This document shows positions 34,456 through 43,428 of a stretch of DNA of 64,000 nucleotides, piece after piece. The notes beneath the pieces were generated by a model, which did no database searches, was not told the DNA's origin, and was given only the letters and a program-made list of their open reading frames with translations. The translations under genes were made by a program, and so were the position numbers. Source of the stretch: Fuscovulum sp. GTDB lineage: Bacteria; Pseudomonadota; Alphaproteobacteria; Rhodobacterales; Rhodobacteraceae. Positions within the stretch are counted from its first letter, which is position 1; each line of letters begins with the position of its first letter. The stretch spans positions 41,216 through 105,215 of the forward strand of contig JAYRZG010000007.1 in assembly GCA_041916535.1 (NCBI GenBank). The letters run 5' to 3'.

Positions 34456-36489
34456 ATGACCATCCGCACCCAGTTTCCCCATCCCATTGCCGAGACCGAG
34501 GACATGGCCATCCCCATGCCCGACGGCACCCGCCTTTCGGCCCGGGTCTGGATGCCGGTCGATGCGGAAACCCGCCCGGTCCCTGCCGTCCTGGAATACA
34601 TCCCCTATCGCAAGCGTGACGGCACCACCCCGCGCGACGAGATGATGCACCCCTATGTCGCGGGCCATGGCTATGCCTGCGTGCGGGTCGACATGCGCGG
34701 CAATGGCGACAGCCAGGGCCTGATGGCGGATGAATATACCCAGGTCGAGATGGACGACGCCGAGGCGGTCATCGGCTGGCTGGCGGCGCAGCCCTGGTGC
34801 AATGGCAGCGTCGGCATGATGGGCAAGTCCTGGGGCGGCTTCAACTGCCTGCAGGCCGCCTTCAATGGCCCCCCGGCGCTGAAGGCGGTGATCTCGGTCT
34901 GCTCGACCACCGACCGTTTCGCCGATGACATCCATTTCAAGGGCGGCTGCCTGCTGGGCGAGAATTTCGGCTGGGGCGCGGTGATGCTGTCCTATTCCTC
35001 GCGCCCGGCCGATCCGCTGCTGCGCAATGACTGGCGCGAGGATTGGCTGAAACGGCTGGACGCCGAACCCTGGCTCGCCCCGGTCTGGGCGCGCCATCAG
35101 GCGCGCGACGCCTATTGGGCGCATGGCTCGGTCTGCCAGGATTGGGCGCGGATGACCGTCCCCGCGATGATCTGGGGCGGCTGGGCCGACAATTACATGA
35201 ACACGGTCGGGCTTCTGGCCGAACATGCACCGGGGCCGGTCAAGGGCGTGATGGGGCCCTGGGTGCACCAATACCCCCATACCGCCGTGCCCGGGCCGCA
35301 GGTCGGCTTCCTGCAATGCGCGATCCGCTGGTGGGACCGCTGGCTGAAAGGCATTCCGAACAACGCCGAGAACGACCCCGCCTTGCGCGCCTATATCCTG
35401 CATTCCGAACCGCCAAATGCCAGCGCCCGGCACCGAGAGGGGCATTGGGTGGCGGAAGACACATGGCCCACGGCGCGCGTTGCGCCGATGGTGGTGCATC
35501 TGGACGCCCCGGGGGTTTCACACCCCCGGACCCCCGTGGGATATTTGCGAACAGAAGAAACCCAAAAGGCCTTTGCCGTCGACATCGCCACGCCGCAGCA
35601 TCTGGGCATGCATACCGGCGAATTCTTCCCGATGGGCCTGAATGCCGAGATGCCGGGCGATCAGGCGCGCGACGATGCGCTCTCCGTCTGCTTCGACATG
35701 GCGCCGCTTGCGGCGGATCTCCAGCTTCTGGGCCAGGCCGGGCTGCGCCTGTCGCTGTCTTCCGACAGGCCGCTGGGCTTCGTGGTGGCGCGGCTCTGCG
35801 ATGTCGCGCCCGATGGTGCCTCGGTCCGCATCTGCCATGGCATGCTGAACCTTTGCCATCGCGACGGCATGGACCGGCCCGCGCCCATGGTGCCGGGGCA
35901 GGCGATGGAGGTGGGCTTCAAGCTTGACCTCACCGGCTATCGTCTCAGGGCGGGCCACAGCCTGCGGCTGGCCCTGTCGAACAGCTACTGGCCCTTCGTC
36001 TGGCCCTCGCCCGAAGCAGGCACCCTGACCCTGACCGGCGGAAGCCTGACCCTGCCCGTGCACCACGGCGCCGATGCCCCGGAATGGACCCCGCCGCCCG
36101 CCGAACATGCCGCCCCCTTCGCCCATCGCGTGATCCGCCCCGGCAAGACCCGGCGCTATATCGAGGAAGACCTCATCGCCGGAACAACCGCGCTGGTGGT
36201 CGAGGATGATCTGGGCGACACCGAAAACCTTTCCCACGGTCTGATCTCGGGCGAGACCATGTCGGAACGCTGGGAAATCGCCCCCGATGATCCCCTCAGC
36301 GCCAGGGCCGTGCATATCTGGGAACAGCGCCTGTCGCGCGGGGCCTGGTCGGTGCGCACCCGCGCCGAGGCGGAAATGACCGGCACGGCCAGCCATCTGC
36401 GCATGACGGCCCATCTGCGCGCCTGGGAAGGCGAGGCGCTGGTCTTCGAACGGCGCTGGGACGAGGAGGTGGAACGCAGCTTTGTGTAA
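34456..36489 (+). CDS. CocE/NonD family hydrolase (S15 X-Pro dipeptidyl-peptidase-like)
   Basis: 677 aa. It has the N-terminal block LEYIPYRKRDGT...RVDMRGNGDSQG and the nucleophile motif GKSWGG. It contains an in-frame copy of the window repeat at 35506-35560. Confidence 0.85.
   Translation: MTIRTQFPHPIAETEDMAIPMPDGTRLSARVWMPVDAETRPVPAVLEYIPYRKRDGTTPRDEMMHPYVAGHGYACVRVDMRGNGDSQGLMADEYTQVEMDDAEAVIGWLAAQPWCNGSVGMMGKSWGGFNCLQAAFNGPPALKAVISVCSTTDRFADDIHFKGGCLLGENFGWGAVMLSYSSRPADPLLRNDWREDWLKRLDAEPWLAPVWARHQARDAYWAHGSVCQDWARMTVPAMIWGGWADNYMNTVGLLAEHAPGPVKGVMGPWVHQYPHTAVPGPQVGFLQCAIRWWDRWLKGIPNNAENDPALRAYILHSEPPNASARHREGHWVAEDTWPTARVAPMVVHLDAPGVSHPRTPVGYLRTEETQKAFAVDIATPQHLGMHTGEFFPMGLNAEMPGDQARDDALSVCFDMAPLAADLQLLGQAGLRLSLSSDRPLGFVVARLCDVAPDGASVRICHGMLNLCHRDGMDRPAPMVPGQAMEVGFKLDLTGYRLRAGHSLRLALSNSYWPFVWPSPEAGTLTLTGGSLTLPVHHGADAPEWTPPPAEHAAPFAHRVIRPGKTRRYIEEDLIAGTTALVVEDDLGDTENLSHGLISGETMSERWEIAPDDPLSARAVHIWEQRLSRGAWSVRTRAEAEMTGTASHLRMTAHLRAWEGEALVFERRWDEEVERSFV
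35506..35560 (+). repeat. Hairpin-plus-TATTTGCGAACAGAAGAAA repeat element, copy C, inside the CocE/NonD CDS
   Basis: GCCCCGGGGG-tttcaca-CCCCCGGACCCCCGTGGGATATTTGCGAACAGAAGAAA. The frame stays open and the element is translated as ...APGVSHPRTPVGYLRTEET... Confidence 0.7.
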
Positions 36490-36600
36490 CAGAACCTGCA
36501 AAAACATTTGCCGCGAAGGAAAGATCGCGGTTTATTGACTCTGCAATCAACAAAAGAATCCCACGGCAGCGTCCCGGGGGAAGACCACAGGGAGACGGAT

Positions 36601-38196
36601 ATGAACGACAAGCACAACCAGTTGGACTGGCTTATTTCCCGCGTCCGCAAGGGCGCCATGAGCCGTCGCGAATTCCTGGGCCGCTCGACGGCGCTGGGCG
36701 TGTCTGCTGGCCTCGCGGGCGCGCTGTTCGGCAAGGTCGCCATGGCGCAGGAAGCCAAGAAGGGCGGCACGATCCGCGTCGGGATGCAGGGCGGCGAATC
36801 CACCAACTCGCTCGACCCGGCGCTGGCCGCTTCGGAAGTGCCGTTCCAGGTCAACATGACCTGGGGCGAGATGCTGGTTGACGTGACGCCGGATGGCCAG
36901 ATCGACTATCGTATCGCCGAGGAAATCTCTTCTTCCCCCGACGCGACCGAGTGGAAGTTCAAGATCCGCAAGGGCGTGGAATACCATGACGGCAGCACCG
37001 TCACCGCCGATGATGTGGTGGCCACGCTCAAGCGCCATACCGACGAGAAATCGCAATCGGGCGCGCTGGGCATCGTGCAGGGCATCGCCGAGATGAAGGC
37101 CGAAGGTGACATGGTCACGCTGAAGCTGTCTTCCGCCAGCGCCGATCTGCCCTATCTGATGGGCGACTATCACCTGATCATCCAGCCTGGCGGCGGTGTC
37201 GACGCCCCGGCTGCGGGCATCGGCGCCGGCCCCTACAAGGTCGTCGTGAACGAGCCGGGCGTGCGCCACACTTTCCAGAAACACGCCAATTACTTCGACA
37301 GCTCGATCGGCCATGCCGACGAGGTCGAGATCCTGGTCATCAACGACAACACCGCCCGCACCGCCGCCCTGCAATCGGGCCAGGTCCACATGATCAACCG
37401 GGTCGATCCGAAGATCGTGGAACTGCTGAAGGGCGTGCCGGGCGTGTCGATCAAGGCCGTCGCGGGGCGCGGGCACTATGTCTTCATCATGCATTGCGAC
37501 AAGGCGCCCTTCGACAACAACGACATGCGCATGGCGCTGAAGCACGCGATCAACCGTCAAGAGATGGTGGACAAGATCCTGGGCGGTCTCGGCTCGCGCG
37601 GGAACGACTTCCCGATCAACGCCGCCTATCCCTTGTTCGACGACACGATCGAGCAGCGCGACTACGATGCCGCCAAGGCCAAGGAATATTACGACAAGAC
37701 CGGCCATGACGGCAGCCCGATCATCCTGCGCACCGCGCCGGGCGCCTTCCCGGGCGCGGTGGATGCGGCCAACCTCTTCGCCGCCTCGGCCAATGCGGCG
37801 GGCATCCCGCTGCAGGTCAAGCTGGAGCCCGATGACGGCTACTGGTCGAATGTCTGGAATGTCGAACCCTTCTGCGCCTCCTACTGGGGCGGCCGTCCGG
37901 TGCAGGACCAGATGTATTCGACCGCCTATCTCTCGACCGCCGACTGGAACGACACCAAGTTCAAGAATGCCAGGTTCGACGAGCTGCTGCTCGCCGCGCG
38001 GGGCGAGTTGGATGCCGAGAAGCGCAAGGGTGAATACAGCGAGATGGCCCATATCCTGCGCGACGAAGGCGGCCTGATCCTGCCGATGTTCAACGATTTC
38101 GTCTCGGGCGTGTCCGACACGATCGGCGGCTGGGTCGACGATCCGAATGGCGAGCTGATGAACGGCCGCTCGCAGGTTAAGTGCTGGCTGGCCTGA
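36601..38196 (+). CDS. Peptide/nickel-type ABC transporter substrate-binding protein (family 5), Tat-like signal
   Basis: ORF trimmed to ATG 36601 after GGGAGA. It has the twin-arginine-like signal SRREFLGRSTALGVSAGLAG and an SBP_bac_5 body. Confidence 0.9.
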   Translation: MNDKHNQLDWLISRVRKGAMSRREFLGRSTALGVSAGLAGALFGKVAMAQEAKKGGTIRVGMQGGESTNSLDPALAASEVPFQVNMTWGEMLVDVTPDGQIDYRIAEEISSSPDATEWKFKIRKGVEYHDGSTVTADDVVATLKRHTDEKSQSGALGIVQGIAEMKAEGDMVTLKLSSASADLPYLMGDYHLIIQPGGGVDAPAAGIGAGPYKVVVNEPGVRHTFQKHANYFDSSIGHADEVEILVINDNTARTAALQSGQVHMINRVDPKIVELLKGVPGVSIKAVAGRGHYVFIMHCDKAPFDNNDMRMALKHAINRQEMVDKILGGLGSRGNDFPINAAYPLFDDTIEQRDYDAAKAKEYYDKTGHDGSPIILRTAPGAFPGAVDAANLFAASANAAGIPLQVKLEPDDGYWSNVWNVEPFCASYWGGRPVQDQMYSTAYLSTADWNDTKFKNARFDELLLAARGELDAEKRKGEYSEMAHILRDEGGLILPMFNDFVSGVSDTIGGWVDDPNGELMNGRSQVKCWLA

Positions 38197-38209
38197 GAGG
38201 GCCCGTCCG

Positions 38210-39205
38210 ATGCACCCCGTCCTGCAACTGGTGGTCCAGCGCCTTGCGCTGGGCCTGATCCTGCTTCTCGCCTGTTCGGCGGTGATCTTCCTGGGCGTCG
38301 AGGCGCTGCCGGGAGACACCGCCCAGGCCATCCTCGGCCAATCGGCCACGCCCCAGGCGCTGGCCAACCTGCGCGAGAAGATGGGGCTCGATCAGCCGCC
38401 GCTAACGCGGTATTTCCAATGGCTCGGCGGGGTGCTGACCGGCGATCTTGGCACGGCGCTGACAAACGGCGCCGATATCGCCACCTCCATCGGCCAGCGG
38501 CTGGGCAACACGCTGTTCCTGGCCGCCTGCGCCGCCGCGATCTCGGTGCCGCTGGCCATCATCCTTGGCCTGATCGCCGCCCGCCATGCCGGCAAATGGC
38601 AGGACAAGCTGATCTCTGGCATCACGCTGACCACGATCTCCCTGCCCGAATTCGTCGCCGGCTATTTCGTGATCTTCCTTCTCACCCAGGACAACTGGCT
38701 GACCCAGGGCATCGGCTGGCTGACCGGCGGGTCCGGCCGCCTTCTGCCCGTCGCCATGGTCTTTCCCGGCATGGGGTTCTGGGAGCGGGTGAATGCCATC
38801 ATCCTGCCGGTCATCGTCCTGGTCCTGGTCGTGCTGGCGCATATGATGCGCATGACCCGCGCCGCGATCCTGAACGTCATGCAATCGGCCTATATCGAGA
38901 CGGCCGAGTTGAAGGGCCTTAGCCCGATGACCGTGATCTGGCGCCATGCCTTTCCCAATGCCATCGCGCCCGTCGTCTCGGTCGTCATGCTGAACCTCGC
39001 CTATCTCGTGGTGGGCGTGGTCGTGGTCGAGGTGGTCTTCGGCTACAACGCCCTCGGCCAGTATCTGGTCGACCATGTCACCAAGCGCGACCTGCCGGTG
39101 GTGCAGGCGGTCGGCCTGATCTTCGCCGCCGTCTATATCGGGCTGAACATGCTGGCCGATGTGATCGGCATCCTCGCCAACCCGCGGCTGAGGCATCCGA
39201 AATGA
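38210..39205 (+). CDS. ABC transporter permease (DppB/OppB-like)
   Basis: 331 aa. It shows the typical BPD_transp_1 permease pattern. Confidence 0.9.
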   Translation: MHPVLQLVVQRLALGLILLLACSAVIFLGVEALPGDTAQAILGQSATPQALANLREKMGLDQPPLTRYFQWLGGVLTGDLGTALTNGADIATSIGQRLGNTLFLAACAAAISVPLAIILGLIAARHAGKWQDKLISGITLTTISLPEFVAGYFVIFLLTQDNWLTQGIGWLTGGSGRLLPVAMVFPGMGFWERVNAIILPVIVLVLVVLAHMMRMTRAAILNVMQSAYIETAELKGLSPMTVIWRHAFPNAIAPVVSVVMLNLAYLVVGVVVVEVVFGYNALGQYLVDHVTKRDLPVVQAVGLIFAAVYIGLNMLADVIGILANPRLRHPK

Positions 39206-40038
39206 GACTTCCCTTCACCCAGACCCGCCTTCCCGTCTCGGCCTTCATCGGCCTCACCCTCACAGGCATCTTCCTGTTCTGCGCCATCTTCGCGCAATGG
39301 ATCGCCCCCTATCCGATCGACCTCGCCGTCGGCGGCGTGTGGGAGGGGCCAAGCGAGAAATACTGGCTCGGCACCGACACAATCGGCCGCGATATCCTGT
39401 CGCGGCTGATCTATGGCGGTCAGATCACCATCTTCGTCGCGCTGGCCTCCTCGGCGCTGGCCTTCTCGCTGGGCGCCTTCTTCGGCTTCTTCGCGGCGGT
39501 CAATGGCGGCTGGATCGACCAGACCCTGTCGCGCATCGTCGATCTGATGATGGCGATCCCCTCGCTGATCGTGGCGCTGGTCATGCTTTCGGTCCTGCCG
39601 TTGAACCTGACCGTCCTGATCCTTGTGATCGGCGTCCTCGACAGCACCCGCGTCTTCCGCCTGTCGCGCGCCGTCGCGGTGGACATCGCGGTGATGGATT
39701 ATGTCGAGGCTGCAAAGCTGCGCGGCGAGGGCGGGCGCTGGGTGATCTTCCGCGAGATCCTGCCCAATGCGCTGTCGCCCCTGGTTGCCGAATTCGGCCT
39801 GCGTTTCATCTTCGCCGTCCTCTTCATCTCGACCCTGTCCTTCCTGGGCCTTGGCGTGCAGCCGCCGCTGGCCGACTGGGGCGGCATGGTGAAGGAAAAC
39901 AAGGACGGGCTGGTCTATGGCAAGTCGGCGGCGCTGGTTCCGGCCTTCGCCATCGCCGCGCTGGCGATTTCCGTCAACCTCGTGGCCGACTGGGTGCTGA
40001 CCCGCACCTCCAGCCTGAAAGGAGGCCGCGGTGGCTGA
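39202..40038 (+). CDS. ABC transporter permease (DppC/OppC-like)
   Basis: 278 aa. Its start overlaps the upstream stop (ATGA at 39202-39205). Confidence 0.9.
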   Translation: MRLPFTQTRLPVSAFIGLTLTGIFLFCAIFAQWIAPYPIDLAVGGVWEGPSEKYWLGTDTIGRDILSRLIYGGQITIFVALASSALAFSLGAFFGFFAAVNGGWIDQTLSRIVDLMMAIPSLIVALVMLSVLPLNLTVLILVIGVLDSTRVFRLSRAVAVDIAVMDYVEAAKLRGEGGRWVIFREILPNALSPLVAEFGLRFIFAVLFISTLSFLGLGVQPPLADWGGMVKENKDGLVYGKSAALVPAFAIAALAISVNLVADWVLTRTSSLKGGRGG

Positions 40039-41668
40039 CGACACGCTTCTCGACATTAGGGGCCTCGTGATCGAGGCCACCTCCTACCCTCCGGGCGAGC
40101 CGCCGAAAGAGGTGACGCTGGTCCATGGAGTCGATCTGAAACTCCAGCGCGGCAAGGTGCTGGGCCTGATCGGCGAATCCGGCGCGGGCAAATCGACCAT
40201 CGGCCTGTCCGCCATGTCCTATGGCCGGGGCGGGGTGCGGTTGACCAAGGGCACCATCCACCTGAACGGGCGCGAGATCCGCGAGGCCACCCCGCGCGAG
40301 CTGCGCACCCTGCGCGGCAAGGAAGTGACCTATGTCGCCCAATCGGCGGCGGCGGCCTTCAACCCGGCCAAGAAGCTGATGGAACAGGTGATCGAGACCT
40401 CGCTCTCGCATGGCGTCATGACCAAGTCCGAGGCCGAGGCCCGCGCCGTCATGCTGTTCAAGAAGCTGGGCCTGCCCAACCCCGAAACCTTTGGCAACCG
40501 CTATCCGCATCAGGTGTCGGGTGGCCAGTTGCAGCGCGCCATGACCGCCATGGCGCTGTGCCCCAAGCCCGATCTTGTCATCTTCGACGAACCCACCACC
40601 GCGCTGGACGTGACCACCCAGATCGACGTTCTGGCGGCGATCAAGGAAGCGATCCGCGACACCCGCGTGGCCGCGCTTTACATCACCCATGACCTTGCCG
40701 TGGTGGCGCAGGTCGCCGATGACATCATGGTGCTGCGCCATGGCCGCATGGTCGAATACGGCCCCACCGCGCAGGTCATCCACGAGCCCCGGCAGGATTA
40801 CACCAAGGCCCTGGTCTCGGTCCGCTCGCTGGACCATGAGGAGAAGGCGCCGGCCGCCCCGGTGCTGCGGGTCGAGAATGTGACCGCGCGCTATCGCGGC
40901 ACCAATTTCGACGTGTTGAAGAACATCAATGTCGATCTGGCCCCAGGGCAGACGCTGGCCGTGGTGGGCGAGTCGGGTTCAGGCAAATCCACGCTGGCAC
41001 GCGCCATCACCGGGCTGCTGCCACCCACGCAGGGCCGCATCAGCTTTGCCGGGCGGCAATTGTCGCGCGAGTTGAAGGGGCGGTCCAAGGACGACCTGCG
41101 CGAGATCCAGATGATCTACCAGATGGCCGACACCGCGATGAACCCGCGCCAGACCGTCGGCACGATCATCGGCAGGCCGCTGGAATTCTATTTCGGCCTG
41201 CGCGGCAAGGCGCGCGATGCGCGGGTGCAGGACCTTCTGGACCAGATCGAGATGGGCAAGGGCTTTGCCGACCGCTACCCGGCCGAACTTTCGGGCGGCC
41301 AGAAGCAGCGCGTCTGCATCGCCCGCGCGTTGGCCGCGAACCCGAAGATGATCATCTGCGACGAGGTGACATCAGCCCTCGACCCGCTGGTGGCCGATGG
41401 CATCCTCAAGCTTCTGATGGCGTTGCAGGCCGAGGCGCAGGTGGCCTATCTGTTCATCACCCATGATCTGGCGACGGTGCGCGCCATCGCCGACAAGATC
41501 GCGGTCATGTACAAGGGATCGGTCGTCCGCTACGGCCAGAAAAGCGACGTTCTGGCCCCGCCCTTCGACGATTACACCGACCTCCTTCTGTCCTCGGTCC
41601 CCGAGATGGAGATTGGTTGGCTGGAACGGACGATCGCGCATCGCAAGATGGAAAGCGCCGGGAACTGA
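40031..41668 (+). CDS. Fused double ABC transporter ATP-binding protein (DppD/DppF-like)
   Basis: 545 aa with a GTG start after AAAGGAGG. It has two Walker A motifs (GESGAGKST, GESGSGKST) and two LSGGQ signatures (VSGGQLQR, LSGGQKQR). Confidence 0.92.
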   Translation: MADDTLLDIRGLVIEATSYPPGEPPKEVTLVHGVDLKLQRGKVLGLIGESGAGKSTIGLSAMSYGRGGVRLTKGTIHLNGREIREATPRELRTLRGKEVTYVAQSAAAAFNPAKKLMEQVIETSLSHGVMTKSEAEARAVMLFKKLGLPNPETFGNRYPHQVSGGQLQRAMTAMALCPKPDLVIFDEPTTALDVTTQIDVLAAIKEAIRDTRVAALYITHDLAVVAQVADDIMVLRHGRMVEYGPTAQVIHEPRQDYTKALVSVRSLDHEEKAPAAPVLRVENVTARYRGTNFDVLKNINVDLAPGQTLAVVGESGSGKSTLARAITGLLPPTQGRISFAGRQLSRELKGRSKDDLREIQMIYQMADTAMNPRQTVGTIIGRPLEFYFGLRGKARDARVQDLLDQIEMGKGFADRYPAELSGGQKQRVCIARALAANPKMIICDEVTSALDPLVADGILKLLMALQAEAQVAYLFITHDLATVRAIADKIAVMYKGSVVRYGQKSDVLAPPFDDYTDLLLSSVPEMEIGWLERTIAHRKMESAGN

Positions 41669-41678
41669 TCCAGGGCGG

Positions 41679-41698
41679 CGATTTCTTCGGAGAAATCG
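41679..41698 (+). terminator. Short hairpin after the ABC ATPase gene
   Basis: CGATTTCT-tcgg-AGAAATCG is an 8-bp stem with a tetraloop, 11 nt after the stop at 41668. No clear T-tract. Confidence 0.35.
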
Positions 41699-41805
41699 TG
41701 CCGGAGCCGTCGAAGGCTCCGGGCCGGACTCTTTGAAAATTCCGGTGCGGCCAGGGATGACGGCGTAGAGACGGAAAGAAGACGCAAGAAAGACGCTGGG
41801 AAGAC

Positions 41806-42639
41806 ATGACAAAACTGCTGCTGATCATCCTTGACGGCGTGCCCTACGCCAATTGGCGCCGCCTGTTCGGCAATCTTGAAGGCTGGGTCGCCCATGGCGA
41901 TGCGCGGGTCTGGAAGATGCGCGCCGTCCTGCCCTCGACCTCGGCCTGCTGCTATGCCTCGATCCATACCGGCGTGCCGCCGCAGGTCCATGGCATCTGG
42001 GACAATGCCGATATCCGGCGGCTGGAATTTCCCGACATATTCTCGGAATTGTCCAAGGCAGGCCGGAAAACCGGGGCGGTAACCCATAGTTACTGGTCGG
42101 AATTCTTCAATCGCGCGCCTTTCGACGTGGTGCGCGACATCGAATATGACGAGCCGGATGGACCGATCACCCATGGCCGGTTCCACACCATGCATGGCTA
42201 TGGCCATGTGAACCAGATGACGCCCGCCGATTACGACCTGTTCGGCACCCTGACCCGCCTGGCCGAGGTCAAGGGCATCGACTACGGTATCCTGCACACG
42301 TGCACGCTGGACAGCATGGGCCACCGTTTCTACCACGATTGCGAAGAAATGGACGACGCCTGCTTCAAGATGGACGCCACCCTCGCGCCCTTCCTAAGCC
42401 GTTGGCGCAAAAGCGGTTATGAGGTGATCGTCACCGCCGATCACGGTCAGGATTCGCGCGGCCATCATGGCGGCACGACCGAGGCGCAGCGCGATTTCGC
42501 CTTCTACTATTTCGGCGATAGCCCCATGCCCGCGCCCGATGTGGTGCTGGATCAACTGGCCCTCGCGCCGTCGATCCTGACCCGCATGGGCGTGCCGGTA
42601 CCCGCGACGATGAAGGCCAAGCCCTTCATGTCGGCCTGA
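41806..42639 (+). CDS. Alkaline-phosphatase superfamily protein (type I phosphodiesterase/nucleotide pyrophosphatase-like)
   Basis: 277 aa. It has the N-terminus LLIILDGVPY, the metal-ligand-like blocks HTCTLDSMGHRF and TADHGQDSRGHHGG. Confidence 0.72.
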   Translation: MTKLLLIILDGVPYANWRRLFGNLEGWVAHGDARVWKMRAVLPSTSACCYASIHTGVPPQVHGIWDNADIRRLEFPDIFSELSKAGRKTGAVTHSYWSEFFNRAPFDVVRDIEYDEPDGPITHGRFHTMHGYGHVNQMTPADYDLFGTLTRLAEVKGIDYGILHTCTLDSMGHRFYHDCEEMDDACFKMDATLAPFLSRWRKSGYEVIVTADHGQDSRGHHGGTTEAQRDFAFYYFGDSPMPAPDVVLDQLALAPSILTRMGVPVPATMKAKPFMSA

Positions 42640-42645
42640 AGCAGA

Positions 42646-42672
42646 CCCCGAATTTTCGACGAAAATTCGGGG
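42646..42672. terminator. Hairpin between convergent genes (phosphodiesterase-like / aldolase)
   Basis: CCCCGAATTTTCgacGAAAATTCGGGG is a perfect 12-bp stem, followed by CTTTG. It sits between stops at 42639 (+) and 42682 (-). Confidence 0.65.
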
Positions 42673-42681
42673 CTTTGCCTG

Positions 42682-43428
42682 TCAATGCGCGTAGTCGGGC
42701 GCATCCTTGTCCAGGATCGCCTTGATCTCGCGCAGGTGCATGTCGGCGCCGCCGGGATAGTCTTCCCATTCCCGCGCGGTTTTTTCCGCGACTTCGTCCG
42801 ACAGGTAGCGCAGCTTCTGTCCTGTCTGCAAAGCGCGGATATAGGTCTCGGCGGCGCGTTCAAAGTAATACAGCCGGTTGAAGGTCTCGGCCACCGTGCG
42901 CCCGATCACCAAGACGCCATGATTCCCCATGACCATGGTGTTGACCTTCGGATCTTGCAGCATTTCCGCGCAGCGGGCGCCCTCGTCGCCAAAGGCCATG
43001 CCGCCGTAATAGTCGTCGACGACATGCCGGTTGTGGAACATCGCAGTGTTCTGGTCGATCGCCGGAAGGCGGCTGTCGGCAAGGCTCGCCAGCACCGTGG
43101 CATGGATGGAATGCACATGCATCACGCAGCGCGCATGGGCGCAGGCGCGGTGGATGCTGCCATGCAGGCCCCAGGCGGTCGGGTCCGGCGCGTCGGGCCG
43201 GTTCATCGTCTCGGGGTCGTCTGCATCCAGTTCGAGAAGCGACGATGCAGTGATCTGGCTGAAATGCCGACCGTTCGGGTTGATGAGGAAGCGCGTGCCT
43301 TCTGGGTTCACCGCCATCGAGAAATGGTTCGCCACCGCCTCATGCATGTTCAGCCGCACGGTCCAGCGGAAGGCGGCGGACAGGTCCACCCTTTCGGTCC
43401 AATTTGTCAGATTCGCATGCTGGTTCAT
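42682..43428 (-). CDS. Class II aldolase/adducin family protein
   Basis: The start was chosen at the ATG overlapping the upstream stop (ATGA at 43425-43428). An alternative ATG lies at 43449. The His cluster (CVMHVHSIHATVLASL) is typical of class II aldolase-fold proteins. Confidence 0.82.
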   Translation of the reverse strand: MNQHANLTNWTERVDLSAAFRWTVRLNMHEAVANHFSMAVNPEGTRFLINPNGRHFSQITASSLLELDADDPETMNRPDAPDPTAWGLHGSIHRACAHARCVMHVHSIHATVLASLADSRLPAIDQNTAMFHNRHVVDDYYGGMAFGDEGARCAEMLQDPKVNTMVMGNHGVLVIGRTVAETFNRLYYFERAAETYIRALQTGQKLRYLSDEVAEKTAREWEDYPGGADMHLREIKAILDKDAPDYAH

